From positions 60,896,464-60,960,463 of the forward strand of contig NC_043011.1 in the NCBI RefSeq assembly GCF_006345805.1: a stretch of DNA of 64,000 nt, read 5' to 3'. The notes beneath the pieces were generated by a model. That model was not told where the DNA came from, did not search any database, and saw only the letters and a program-made list of their open reading frames with translations. This stretch comes from Octopus sinensis (Eukaryota). Shown here in pieces: positions 26,270-39,814 of this stretch (the first letter of the stretch is position 1; every line of letters starts with the position of its first letter). A program made the position numbers and the translations under genes.

Positions 26270-26685
26270 CTTCGTGTGTGTGTTTGTGGGAAGCTGTATT
26301 TATATGTATAGGGATATATGTATATATATATGTGTGTGTTTCTGTCTGTCTCTCTATATGTATACATATACGAGTGAGTGAACGAACGAAAGGAATAGAC
26401 ACTCGAAAGGAATATCGATGGAGTTCTATTTATTGAGTAAAGAGTTGACTCAGTTCCTCATGTTACTTAAAGTTTCGAAGAGAAGCAAAGAAAAAAGAAA
26501 GAAGGTGAAACGACCAGATTCTGGGCAAAGTCTCCATATGTTCGAGGAATAGGTAGTGCTTGTTCATGTCCACAAGACTTTAAGTAAAATGAGGGGCTAA
26601 GTCAACTTGTCATTCTATATGCACGTATGTATGTATATATGTATATGTATGTATGTATGTATGTATATGTATATATGTATATGTA

Positions 26686-26730
<45 letters not shown>

Positions 26731-26854
26731 GTGTGTATGTGTTTATGTGTGTGTGTGTAGAAGGTAGAAAAGTAACACGCGAGTTGAAATGTATAAAGAA
26801 AATATGACAAGTACATTTTAGTACCAGTTTCCGCCCTTTAGACTTTTCAACTGA

Positions 26855-26952
26855 GAGTATTTTAATCTGGGATCTATGTACCATCATCTTCTGGCGTAGA
26901 ATGTTTTTAGTTTGACCAATATATTGTTCTTGACACCCTGAGCAAGTTGATA
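26855..26952 (-). pseudogene. Penelope GIY-YIG N-terminal fragment (duplicate at 28748-28846)
   Basis: STCSGCQEQYIGQTKNILRQKMMVHRSQIK = C..C...YIGQT...L..R...H motif. Confidence 0.75.
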
Positions 26953-26954
26953 CA

Positions 26955-27500
26955 TATCAGGTTTTCCGAAGTCTTCCGAAGCACATACCCAAAAGAAACC
27001 GGAATTTTGCAATATTATTTTATTCACTAAGTTTTACATGTTCACATTTCCATCCCTTTCATGGTATTCTCCATTTGAAGCAATGCATCGGTTCAGACGC
27101 ATTTTCCACTGTTGGAAACTGCTGGAACTCTTGCGAAGTGATGCCTTTTAACGCCTACGTCGTTTTTGTTTTCACTACTTCCACATATGCAAATCGGTAG
27201 CATCAGCTTTCATCACCAGTGATAACCTTACTAAAAAGGTCGGGATAAACTTCCAACTGTTCTTTCAATTCACAACATGCATTCATCCGTGACTGCTTTT
27301 GATCTTCCTTGAGCAAGTGAGGCACAAATTTTGCTGCAACTATTTTCATTCGCAGTTCCTCGCTCATTTGTTGTAGGAGCTTCAGGACACACCAGTCATA
27401 ACAAGTCCGTTGTTTGTTCAGTGACGGTCCTCCAAGATCAGTTTTATAAATTTTCATGTTGTTTTATTCGTTCGGTAGGTTGAAAGTCGCCCTCAACATG
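26955..27500 (-). mobile_element. Internally deleted mariner transposon remnant (duplicate at ~28845-29390)
   Basis: AAKFVPHLLKEDQKQSRMNACCEL...FSKVITGDES joined directly to the C-terminal RF...FQQWKMRLNRCIASNGEYHERD. Confidence 0.85.
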
Positions 27501-27814
27501 GGGAGAAAGTGTGAGAGAGTGTGTGTGTGTTTGTGCGTGTGTATCTGAAAGTAGTGTCAATGGAAAAGAGAAAGAAAGAAAGAAGAAATACATTTTTTCT
27601 TCTCTCCCTCTTCCTTCTTTCTTTCCTTCATTTTTCCATTGACACTACTTTCAGATACACACGCACACACACATACAGACGCACACACACACAAACACAC
27701 ACACTCTCTCTCACCTTTTCCCCATTCCTCACCCTCTTCTACTATACTATATCTCTCTCCACCCCTACACACTCAATAATACTATAACAAGAGACCAATC
27801 CCCTCAAAAAATTC

Positions 27815-27855
27815 AAGTCTGAAGAATCTACTAGAGTAGATGCAAGCGCTAATTT
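27815..27855 (+). ncRNA. Degenerate minimal hammerhead motif (duplicate at 29706-29746)
   Basis: AAGT|CTGAAGA|ATCTAC-TAGA-GTAGAT|GCAA GCGC TA|ATTT; GAAA mutated to GCAA; ~90 bp upstream of (TA)n. Confidence 0.55.
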
Positions 27856-27967
27856 ATGATTTATAAAAGCATGTGACATATTAATAAAAATCTGTAAATA
27901 TAAAACCATCCAGATTTCTGAGTACCTTCTTTTTTCTATTATATAATATATATATATATATTAGATT

Positions 27968-28112
27968 GGCTGTGTGGTAAGTAACTTGCTTACCAACCAC
28001 ATGGTTCCGGATTCAGTCCCACTACGTGGCACCTTTGGCAAGTGTCTTCTACACGGGCCGACCAAAATCTTGTGAGTGGATTTGGTAGATGGAAAATGGA
28101 AGAAGCCCGTCG
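27968..28112 (+). mobile_element. SINE family A, 5' half (duplicate at 29866-30010)
   Basis: GGCTGTGTGGTAAG..GGATTCAGTCCC..GAAGCCCGTCG followed by (TA)n. Confidence 0.85.
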
Positions 28113-28571
28113 TATATATATATATATATTATATATATATATATATATATATCTTCGTGTGTGTGTTTGTGTGGAAGCTGTATTTATATGTATAGGGATA
28201 TATGTATATATATATATGTGTGTGTTTCTGTCTGTCTCTCTATATGTATACATATACGAGTGAGTGAACGAACGAAAGGAATAGACACTCGAAAGGAATA
28301 TCGATGGAGTTCTATTTATTGAGTAAGAGTTGACTCAGTTCCTCATGTTACTTAAAGTTTCGAAGAGAAGCAAAGAAAAAAGAAAGAAGGTGAAACGACC
28401 AGATTCTGGGCAAAGTCCTCCATATGTTCGAGGAATAGGTAGTGCTTGTTCATGTCCACAAGACTTTAAGTAAAATGAGGGGCTAAGTCAACTTGTCATT
28501 CTATATGCACGTATGTATGTATATATGTATATATATGTATGTATGTATGTATATGTATATATGTATATGTA

Positions 28572-28628
<57 letters not shown>

Positions 28629-29827
28629 ATGTGTTTATGTGTGTGTGTGTAGAAGGTAGAAAAGTAACACGCGAGTTGAATTGTATAAAGAAAATATGAC
28701 AAGTACATTTTAGTACCAGTTTCCGCCCTTTAGACTTTTCAACTGAGAGTATTTTAATCTGGGATCTATGTACCATCATCTTCTGGCGTAGAATGTTTTT
28801 AGTTTGACCAATATATTGTTCTTGACACCCTGAGCAAGTTGATACTATCAGGTTTTCCGAAGTCTTCCGAAGCACATACCCAAAAGAAACCGGAATTTTG
28901 CAATATTATTTTATTCACTAAGTTTTACATGTTCACATTTCCATCCCTTTCATGGTATTCTCCATTTGAAGCAATGCATCGGTTCAGACGCATTTTCCAC
29001 TGTTGGAAACTGCTGGAACTCTTGCGAAGTGATGCCTTTTAACGCCTACGTCGTTTTTGTTTTCACTACTTCCACATATGCAAATCGGTAGCATCAGCTT
29101 TCATCACCAGTGATAACCTTACTAAAAAGGTCGGGATAAACTTCCAACTGTTCTTTCAATTCACAACATGCATTCATCCGTGACTGCTTTTGATCTTCCT
29201 TGAGCAAGTGAGGCACAAATTTTGCTGCAACTATTTTCATTCGCAGTTCCTCGCTCATTTGTTGTAGGAGCTTCAGGACACACCAGTCATAACAAGTCCG
29301 TTGTTTGTTCAGTGACGGTCCTCCAAGATCAGTTTTATAAATTTTCATGTTGTTTTATTCGTTCGGTAGGTTGAAAGTCGCCCTCAACATGGGGAGAAAG
29401 TGTGAGAGAGTGTGTGTGTGTTTGTGCGTGTGTATCTGAAAGTAGTGTCAATGGAAAAGAGAAAGAAAGAAAGAAGAAATACATTTTTTCTTCTCTCCCT
29501 CTTCCTTCTTTCTTTCCTTCATTTTTCCATTGACACTACTTTCAGATACACACGCACACACACATACAGACGCACACACACACAAACACACACACTCTCT
29601 CTCACCTTTTCCCCATTCCTCACCCTCTTCTACTATACTATATCTCTCTCCACCCCTACACACTCAATAATACTATAACAAGAGACCAATCCCCTCAAAA
29701 AATTCAAGTCTGAAGAATCTACTAGAGTAGATGCAAGCGCTAATTTATGATTTATAAAAGCATGTGACATATTAATAAAAATCTGTAAATATAAAACCAT
29801 CCAGATTTCTGAGTACCTTCTTTTTTC

Positions 29828-29863
<36 letters not shown>

Positions 29864-30010
29864 TTGGCTGTGTGGTAAGTAACTTGCTTACCAACCACAT
29901 GGTTCCGGATTCAGTCCCACTACGTGGCACCTTTGGCAAGTGTCTTCTACACGGGCCGACCAAAATCTTGTGAGTGGATTTGGTAGATGGAAAATGGAAG
30001 AAGCCCGTCG

Positions 30011-30072
<62 letters not shown>

Positions 30073-31114
30073 TGTGTGTGTGTGTGTGTTGTGTGTGAGT
30101 GTGTGTGTATGTAAAGATGTATATATATATATCGTTAGCTCCTACACGCATTTTTTTCTCTCCTTGTTTATTTTCGTAAACTTTCCCTTTATATATATAT
30201 ATATATATATATACAGATAAATGTACATATATGAGTGTATATGCATGCTTGCACCTATGTACGTACGCACGTATGAATATATGAAAAAAACTTCCATCTT
30301 TGTTGTGATTATAAGAAATACTTGAATTAGATAAACAGAAATAAATGGAGATTTGTTTAAAGTCGTGAGGATGTCGCACGGAAGCTGATTGTGGGGAAAA
30401 TTTCGGATGAGAAATATTTTGAGATATTTCTATTCGTTCTCTTTCAGGAAATCTACATTTTCAGAGCCAAAACCCGTCTGTGCGTAGACACTCAGAAGTT
30501 AAAAACATTCAGTTTAAAGTACACCATATCTTATTACGTGTAACCTATAAGTAATTCTGTAATGATGTCTTCTCTCTAAATCCCATGAGACCATGACGTT
30601 GAGTTTCGTAGGAATCTGATAGTCCTTTATATGAATAGCTTCTTAGCCAAGAATAGATTGTTTATGTCTAACCTTTAAACCAATAATACACTGTAAGTTT
30701 AAAACGTCTTAATAAAGGAAACCCCTGTAACTCTGTTCACCGAAAAATACATTGTTTCTATCAATTAAAGAAATACTATCCTGTAAGTTAAAGATTTATG
30801 AATCTATCACTCTTTCATGATCGTTGGCTTCACACTGGAGAAACAGTGAGACTGTCGTAGGACATAAAATATGATATACAACTGTCTGCCGGTTCTCTAT
30901 GGGTATGTTGAGGGCCTGTCGTTTAACTTTCCTTCTGGCTAATTCTGTTATTTTATACAAAGTAAACACTGTGGATATGTATTCTTACCTAAGAAAATAC
31001 TAAAAACTCCAACGGAGAATTTCATAAGAGAGTCTAGCCATGTGTTTATAAGATTATAAAATAGAAGCAGATTTTCTGGGAAATATTTGAAAAAAGTGCC
31101 CTCGGTGAGAGTGT

Positions 31115-31202
<88 letters not shown>

Positions 31203-31289
31203 ATATTATATATATAATATATGCATGTACACACGTACACGTACGCGTGTGTATGCATGTGTATGTATGTATGTGAATATACGAGTACT

Positions 31290-32744
31290 TATTCTGTTGC
31301 CAATTGGCGTAGACGCTGGCCAGCAGGTGCCCGAACAAGTCTGGCATACTTTTGTAAAATTCATAAGGCAGACCAACGTGACCCGGCGACTTCTCCCCAT
31401 GGCATTCGCTCAGTACCTCGATCACTTCCTCGGCTGTGATTGGCCCTTCACAGCACTCCACCTCTCGTGCCGAGAGACGCGCGCCACCAGAAAGGAAGTC
31501 CCTAAGGTCCTCACCATGATCCAGCGCCCTGCCCCTCCCAAACAACTCGGCGAAGTGCTTGTGAAGCACCTCATACATCTCGTCTTGTCCGTCGACCGAA
31601 CACCCATTGTCATCAACGAGAGACCTAATTGTGGCATTATTGCCACGCTGGGTTTCTACCGTACAAGCCCATCCGGCAATATTAATTCCCTCACGGCCCA
31701 ATGCGAGCAATTTAGCCCGAATTCTGCACCCCTCATATTTGGCTTTGAGGTGACGGTCCAAGGCCGTTCTCGCTGCCAAAACGTGAGATGCAGAACCCAA
31801 TCTCCATGCCTCCACTAGGTCCTTAACTAGCTGCCCTTCTATTCTGGCCTTTTCTTGTCTTAGCTGATGGCTAAACCTAACAGACTCAAAACGAATGAGG
31901 GCGAACCACCATCAGTTATTAACCACCACGCCGGTTAACGCCCTCTGTACTAATTTCTTAATCCGTCTTCGGTATGCCTCGCAATTCAAAATAGACTTGT
32001 TTAGCTTCCAGTAGCCGGATCCTCTCTTAACTGTACTATCTAAGTCCAGTCTACACTTAACCATTCTACGGCCAATGTAAGCTACTTGGACAAGCTGTGA
32101 ACAGCTAAAACTAGGCTTATCTCTAGTTCGTATCACTATCTTATCTAAGTAAGACTTAAACCTTCTGTCGTCGCTAATCCAGGTCCACTCTGGGATGCTC
32201 AGATGGTTAAGTCTGTAGCGATCCGCTAGCTGAAAATGCTTGAGCAGATCTAGGAGACGTGAGTTCACTTTGCTATAGATGAGCCAACACTATCGATGCG
32301 TGCGTCAACAATAGCGTTATAGCCTCCTAACACCACTAATGTCTTCGACGTCACGAGAAAGTTCTCTAGGCGCCGATAAGAATCAGTTTGAAGTCCTCTA
32401 GCACAAGGTGCATAGATTCCGATCAACCTGAAGGCCTTACTTCTGTATGTCACATCAAGGACGACCAGCCCACCTTTAGGGGTCTACATAGACTGTACTT
32501 GTCCGTAGAGCCAAGTCTTTCTGGACCAGTACTACTACATCCCCTCTCCCTCTGGTCTGGCAAGGAGACATGGTTTTCTCATAGTCATTCAGGAGGGGCG
32601 AGATGGCTTGAGACTGTCAAGCTTGGTCTCTGTAGCAGCCATCACATGCATATCATGTGATCTGATGTCGTCGAGGAAACAAGCTTGCTTCCACTTCGAG
32701 CTCAGACAACGCACATTCAAACACCCAAGATTAAGTGTAGCCAA
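31290..32744 (-). pseudogene. LINE ORF2 remnant: APE endonuclease, linker and start of the RT region
   Basis: LNLGCLNVRCL...AATETKL, IGIYAP, VLGGYNAIVD, SYLDKI, GSGYWKLNKSIL, GPITAEEV, KSPGHVGLPYEFYK; contains frameshifts and stops. Confidence 0.9.
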
Positions 32745-33642
32745 AACAAGGAAAAAATACAAGGGTTCTACTTACCCTTCACAGGTGATGTTGGGGCTGA
32801 CCTCACTACACATGAGGCAGCCCTTTCCTCCTTCAAATATCCTGGAAGGTCCGGGATACTCCTGATGGTCTTTGGATGCCTGTCCTTCAGTTGCCCGTAA
32901 AACCCTTCCCCTATCCAGGCACATCTTTCTCTTAAGTCCTTGTGCCCTTCAAACAGCGTGGTGCTGTGGTGATCTTTTACAATGTCCTCAATGTATTTGT
33001 CTCTGGTGTCATATTTTACCAGGTTTTTCTGTTCGTTATCTTTCGTTTTTTTCCCTTTTTTTTCCTTGTGAGACAATGGGACAGGTTCGTTCTTTTTTTT
33101 TTGTGGTGTGGTGCATCCTTTTTCGTTTTCTTTTGTGAGAGGTATGGATCGAGAAGGTGCGTGTGTTCGTTTCCGAACTGCTGTGAACTCCCCCTCAACT
33201 ACTTCCATTGTGTCGTCCGGGGAGTTACATGTTCTGGTGTCACTTTAGAGGAGTGGGTGTTTTTGACGTTGTCGGGACTCGTGTATGCATGGTCTGGGGT
33301 TTTTAGGTGTCGTGTTTGGGGGCGGGCACCACAGGTGTGGGAGTGAGAATTTTTGTTTCTTTGGGAGCTAATGCATGTGCGGGTTTGGGGTCTTTTTTTG
33401 TAATTGAGGAGCCTGCTGTCTGCGCCAATTTTCATTTCCATTGTTCACAGTCTATACGGATGTGGCCTGTTTTGCCACATTCGTAACACGTTGACATTTT
33501 GCCCTTTCCTTTGGTAGTTCGACGTTTTCAGTAGCCACCGCAGTAACTGCTGAAAATTTCTTAACTGACTCTTCCAGTGAATTTTTCTCTGAAATTATTT
33601 CGACCGACATATTCGTTCGAAATATATTTATACACAATTTAA

Positions 33643-34050
33643 TCCCAGAAAACGGGAAACCTATAACTTTTTACGTTTTTTTTCCCTCTCAACGAGAACA
33701 ACAGTTCAAATCCCACCCCCGCTGGGGGGCGAGACGTAACAACAAAGCCTACAACGTTCGAAATTAAAATTTTCACACAATAATAAAAATACGGTATTCC
33801 CAAAAAACAGGAAACCTATAATATGTTTTTTTTCCTCACAACGAGGACAACAGTTCAAATCTCACCCCCGCTAGGGGCGGGGTGCCACAATAAAGCCTAC
33901 AACGGCTAAAATAAAATTTTTCACACAATAATAAATTGCTTATCCCAAAAAACAGGAAACCTATAATATTTTTTTCCTCTTAATGAAGATAACAGTTCAA
34001 ATCCCACCCACGCTGGGGTGGGGGCATGACAATAAAGCCTATAACGGCTT
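33643..34050. repeat. Three ~145-155 bp tandem monomers in the LINE 5' region
   Basis: Units start at TCCCA.AAAAC.GGAAACCTATAA at 33643, 33798 and 33943; each has ACAGTTCAAATC.CACCC.CGCT.GGG. Confidence 0.9.
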
Positions 34051-34303
34051 TAACAAGTTCAATATTTCAACAATTCACAACTGCAAAAATGGCTTTACAC
34101 AAACAAATACTTTCTCCCGTCACCGGGAAAAAACACAAAACTTTTCAAAGTTTCATAGTTCGAAAATGTTCAACAATAAACAGTCAACAATCCCAACAGA
34201 AAAATTATCCAACGTTCAACAAAACGTTTGACTCATCGCCAAAAGAAACACATCTAACCACGAGACAGGTAAGTAAGCTACATACCACACAGTCACAGGT
34301 ATA

Positions 34304-34655
34304 CTAGCTGGTGTAACCGGTAATTCCCGGGGTGTAAAGATGTTCTATTGAAACGCCTTATTACTCTGATATAAGAAAGTAATTTCGTTATAACTGCCAC
34401 AAAAGGTGTATTTTCCATCACGAAAAAGTACAAACAACTGTTAACTAGAGGAGGGAGATATTGTTGGAGGTTGTCAAGTCTCGTGACATTGCATAATTTT
34501 GGGGAATCGAAGTTTCTTAAAAGCATAACTGGGTTTCCAACCTTTAGATGCAATTCATGCGGTGGTAGACCTGAAGGTGCAAGGCTATTGAGAAATTCAA
34601 CTGGGTAATGAACAGTGTCATTGGTGTGGAGTACACTCGTATAATATGCCAAGGA
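34304..34655 (-). mobile_element. Helitron remnant with PIF1 fragment and 3' terminus
   Basis: [44 protein letters not shown] (RepHel helicase); the minus strand ends with CCGG hairpin..CTAG|T at 34304. Confidence 0.8.
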
Positions 34656-34693
34656 AAATATATTCAGAATGACAGAAACGGAAATGCATGTTG

Positions 34694-35136
34694 GGATCTT
34701 TTCGGTTTGACCGGAAGTTTTTAAAAATAATTTCCACGTAACTAAACACTTTTAAACTTCGTATACTGGTAGAATGTGTTTATAAAACATCTTTTTCTCT
34801 TGGCTTTATTGAGAAAATTCTGTAGTTTGTAAGATATTTGTTGTTTTTTTCTTCAATTTCTGCAATTTCAACCAATCAATTACGTCTATTGAGGTAAAAA
34901 CATTCTGTGCCATATGAATATGTCCCTCGTTTAAGAAACAGATTGGATTTATTTACATTTCGGAAGAAAAAAAAGATACCCTTCCCCCCACCCCTAACCC
35001 TAACCGTAACTAACCGTAACTAACCCTAACCCTAAAGCAGATTGAAATGCAATAGATCGATACTAGGGTCATAATTATGGGTGACAATTTCATATGACAC
35101 CGCTAGAAAAAACTGCCGTTCAAACCGCAAAGATCC
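34694..35136. mobile_element. 443 bp MITE with ~29 bp TIRs, 8 bp TSD and internal CCCTAA-like repeats (Merlin-like?)
   Basis: GGATCTTTTCGGTTTGACCGGAAGTTTTT / AAAAACTGCCGTTCAAACCGCAAAGATCC; GCATGTTG duplicated at 34686-34693 and 35137-35144. Confidence 0.85.
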
Positions 35137-35698
35137 GCATGTTGAAACGAAAATGAAATGGCACATTCTTACGTGGCTCCCCGTTTACACCACTGTCTTT
35201 ACTTGTGTGCGCGTTTGTTTGTTTATTTGTATGTGTGTGGGTATTTCTGTGTGTGTGTGTATGAGTGCGTGTGTGTGTGTGTGCATTGGTACGTATGTGT
35301 GAGTTGACAAAGGACATAGAGTGGCACTCACTGCATTTGACAGCTGTAGTTTATATTTTTGACAACATATTGACTCAGCTCTCGATGACGTAAAGATTCG
35401 TGGACATGTACGCCGAACCATCTCATCAGATCCCATGGAAAGACTGACGTGGCAGAGAGCTCAGTCAAACTGTTATTATATACATATTATAATATAATAC
35501 ACACTCACGAACTCACAGACACACACACACACGTACACACACACAACACACACACCACACACAAACAATCACACACACAAATGTATGTATATGTAAATAT
35601 ATGCTCATGTGTTTGTATATATATATATATGTGTATTTATATATATATTTGTATAAAAATATATGTATATATCTCTATCTACATACCTGTCTGTCTGT

Positions 35699-35757
<59 letters not shown>

Positions 35758-35775
35758 ATCTCTCAATCTCTCTCA

Positions 35776-35817
<42 letters not shown>

Positions 35818-36238
35818 ATCTATCTATCTATCTATCTATTTGTCTTTCTGTCTGTCTGTCTGTCTGTCTGTCTGTTTATCTATCTATCTGCCTATCTGCA
35901 TATGAGATGAGATTTGTTTATGCTAAATTCACTACTAAATTATTAGTAGCAGAATGGAGGCTGTGAATGTCTGAACCAAATATGAAGGGGGGGAAGGGTA
36001 AATCTACTTAGCGAAGGATTTAGCAACACATAAACAAAACGTATGGAATAAATTGAATAGTATTTAATGAGGAATATGCAAATAACGTAAGAGACGGAAG
36101 CCATAGAAGAAGACAGCCGTAAATGGAGCGCATTTGATAAATGAAAGCAGTAAATCTTATAAAAAAAGTGTCATATGAATTATATGCATGCTATCTATGG
36201 AACATAAATGTACATAAATACTTAATGCATATACATAA

Positions 36239-36280
<42 letters not shown>

Positions 36281-36296
36281 ATATATATAATATATA

Positions 36297-36340
<44 letters not shown>

Positions 36341-36738
36341 GTGTGTGCGTGCGTGTGTGTGTGTGGGTGTGTGGGTGTGTGTGTGCGTGGTGTGTGTGTG
36401 CATTGGTGTGGTGTGTATGTGTGTGTGTGCGTAGTGGGAATATATATTCAGTACCAGGTGTTGATATGGCTGCAGCTACACTACATATGTATATATATAT
36501 ATATTTATACCGGTATACATGTATATACATGCATTCATATATAAATATATATATATATATAAATATACATATACACACATAAATATATATACATATATAT
36601 ACATATATACACACATATATATATACATACGTATACATATGGGTGAAGATATATACATATTTACATCCATATGTATATGCATAATACATACATACAGATA
36701 TATATATATATATATATATATGTATTCATGTATATATT

Positions 36739-36832
36739 TAATGTGAGATAACAGTTTCATTCTTAATAGTTTCACTCTGTATATATTATATAATATTGAA
36801 ACTATTAAAAGTGAAAGTATTATCTCACATTA
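36739..36832. repeat. Imperfect palindrome (36 bp arms)
   Basis: TAATGTGAGATAA..TTAATAGTTTCA / TGAAACTATTAA..TTATCTCACATTA, next to (TA)n. Confidence 0.75.
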
Positions 36833-37111
36833 CAATAGAGATGCTATTGTTTGACTTTCGGCACGTAATACCGAAACATTCCTAGTGATTACTTCTGTCT
36901 CGCATTAGACAAGAAGTCGAAATTGTTTTTGGCCTATGGCATTTCATAGACCCTAAGTAGTGCATGTGTAAATTTTGAATGTAATTGGGTGTGCAGGTCT
37001 CGAGTTTTAGTGATGCACATATACAGACACCCAGTCAGACAGGCAGGCACACAGACAAACATATAAACATTCTTAGTTTTGCATCTATCGATATAAACGA
37101 ATATACATAAT

Positions 37112-37166
<55 letters not shown>

Positions 37167-37195
37167 TATAATACATATCAACAACATATATATAC

Positions 37196-37299
<104 letters not shown>

Positions 37300-37302
37300 T
37301 GT

Positions 37303-37335
<33 letters not shown>

Positions 37336-37724
37336 CCTAGATACACACACAAATAAACAAACATTGACCGCACATAATGAATCTGTTCACTGCGGTTAGC
37401 GCTGGAGGACGACTCCTAAAAGCCACAGACTTGTCGTTCGAATCTTCTCCGGTTCGTTTCAGTTACGTGATGTTGATAAGCGACAATATATGTCGAAATA
37501 TTGGAATCCATTACTCATGAGTTCGATATGCGGCGAGTTGTCTCGCCTGTGTATGAGCGAGTCGTGCTCAGGCGCTACTTCGCAGCCAACCGGCGAACAA
37601 GCAAAACACTCGCATTGAACACATGCAGACGATAATGTTTACAGCACTAGCGCTGCTTTTAATTCGATATTAAATATACATACTCACATACATTTACACA
37701 CACACACACATACACACACCACAC

Positions 37725-37762
<38 letters not shown>

Positions 37763-38685
37763 ATATATATACATTTTACACACATATATTATATGACAGT
37801 GTAAACAAACACGGATATATGTACACAAGATCGTATACTTCTACGTTGATGTATGTGAGTTTAGAAATAAATATGTATGTGCATTTTTACATGTTTTTGC
37901 TTATATGTATTCACACACACACACATGCACATGCACACACTTAACTTCAAATTTTGAATTATAATCTCGATCGATTAAAACTCATATTTGTCTCACAATT
38001 CTAGTCTGCATTTCGATTTATATTTTTCATGCAAAAATATCTCACGAGTAATATTTCCCAAAGCGTTCTGTATGATACCATGTATTCCACACCCTCATAT
38101 AAACATCTTTCCCGATCACGGGATATAACCCCTACGATGTTAAGTCCACCATATCTATTCCATATTTTTCAGCAACATCATTGGTCGTACTTGAACTTTT
38201 AGACCCCTAAACGGTGGCCATGGAGATGTGAATTTAAGCAGGACAATGCGAATTAGTTAGATACGTGCCGTTCTCAAGTGGATTATCAGTATAAGAGAAA
38301 ATGTATTAATGCGAATTCAAAGTTAATTTCCAGTGAGAACATAGCATGATGGTCATTGCTTTTAAGTATTTGTGTTCGAAGCAGTATTTCTTCCATAGCA
38401 TGTCTGTACACGTGTTTCATGTAAACGCATAAAATACTCGAAGAATTTTCTTTTCTGCTTGAAGTATATAGTAAAAGTCACAGTCACGGATCAGTGGATA
38501 CAACGAAGGTTTAACGAGCGTGACAGGTTAGCTGCTATTTTCTATGGAAGCTACGGAAACCTCAAAAGGAAGAAAGAGAAATCAAGAGAATTTAAAAAAA
38601 AAATTAAATTTCGCAAATAAAAAAATAATTGTCGTCGCAACTCTCCAACAGTCGCAACAGAGAACAACATCGTCAACTACACGAA

Positions 38686-39385
38686 ACACCACCAGCACCA
38701 CCATCACCATCACTAACACCACCACCAGCACCACCACCACCACCACCACTACCACCACCACCACCACCACCACCACCACCATCACCACCACCACCACTAC
38801 CACCACCAGCACCAGCACCAGTACCACCACCAAAATCATCATCACTAACACCACCACCACCACCACCACCACTACCAGCACCAGCACCAGCACCAGCACC
38901 GCCACCGCCGCGTCACTACTTCCACCAACACCACTACCACCATCATCACCACCACCACCACTACCACCATCACCACCAGCCACCACACAACGCACCACCA
39001 CCACCCCACCACCACCACCACCATCACCACCACCACCACTACCACCACCAGCACCAGCACCAGTACCACCACCAAAATCATCATCACTAACACCACCACC
39101 ACCACCACCACCACTACCAGCACCAGCACCAGCACCAGCACCGCCACCGCCGCCGTCACTACTTCCACCAACACCATTACCACCATCATCACCACCACCA
39201 CCACTACCACCATCACCACCAGCACCACCAGCACCAACAGCACCACCACCACCACCACAATCACCACCACCACCACCACCACCACCACTACCAGCACCAC
39301 CACAACCGCCGCCACCGCCGCCGCCACCACTTCCACCAACACCGCTACCACCACCACCACCAACAACGACAATAACGACAACCGC
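38686..39385. repeat. (ACC)n-based compound trinucleotide repeat with an internal ~242 bp higher-order duplication
   Basis: CAGTACCACCACCAAAATCATCATCACTAAC occurs at both 38819 and 39061 with matching flanks. Confidence 0.9.
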
Positions 39386-39814
39386 AGCCTTTCAAACGAC
39401 ACCAACAAACATGGTAGCAACAGCATCGCCACTTAACAAGATTAACATAGAAAGCAGCTACCGCAAAAACAAACACAAACAACAAAATGTAAAGAAAAAA
39501 AACAAACAACAACAACAACAAAAATCAACAGAAAGCAACAACAACGACACAGCAACATCTAAAATAAAGTAAACAACAGTCAGAGCTAAAAGTCCAACAT
39601 GGCGGTACCATTTCAACTTCAATGCAGAAAAAAGTTCAGCCAAACATGAATAATTAATTGTATATGCTTTGAGTGAAATTTAACTCGTAAACAACAATGT
39701 GGTTCGTGATCTTACTGATGCAGCTGTCAACAACTTAATGAAAACCTATTCCATCTTGCGTTTTATGTAAAAGATCATTGTCCTTGATGCTATTGATGCT
39801 GTTGTCGTTGCTGT

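Larger units (their letters stand above)
26220..30010. repeat. ~1.89 kb direct tandem duplication (26220-28112 / 28113-30010)
   Basis: Identical ORF pairs offset by 1891 bp (27203/29094, 27521/29412); junctions lie in (TA)n. Confidence 0.95.
31290..34280 (-). mobile_element. Tx1/L1-clade LINE, 3'-truncated (5'UTR, broken ORF1, partial ORF2)
   Basis: ORF2 APE and pre-RT motifs present; disrupted basic ORF1 fragments at 32768-33637; ends in microsatellite at ~31290. 5' boundary uncertain. Confidence 0.85.

Noticed and set aside
31225-31818. 197 aa plus-strand ORF
   Set aside because: Antisense shadow of the LINE ORF2 remnant.
34992-35035. Telomeric repeat suggesting a chromosome end or fusion site
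   Set aside because: Only a few degenerate units, and they lie inside a TSD-flanked MITE.
38544-39572. 342 aa Thr/Pro-rich ORF resembling a mucin, extensin or formin
   Set aside because: An (ACC)n repeat open in several frames on both strands; poly-Thr switches to poly-Pro at 1 bp indels; no domain or splice evidence.
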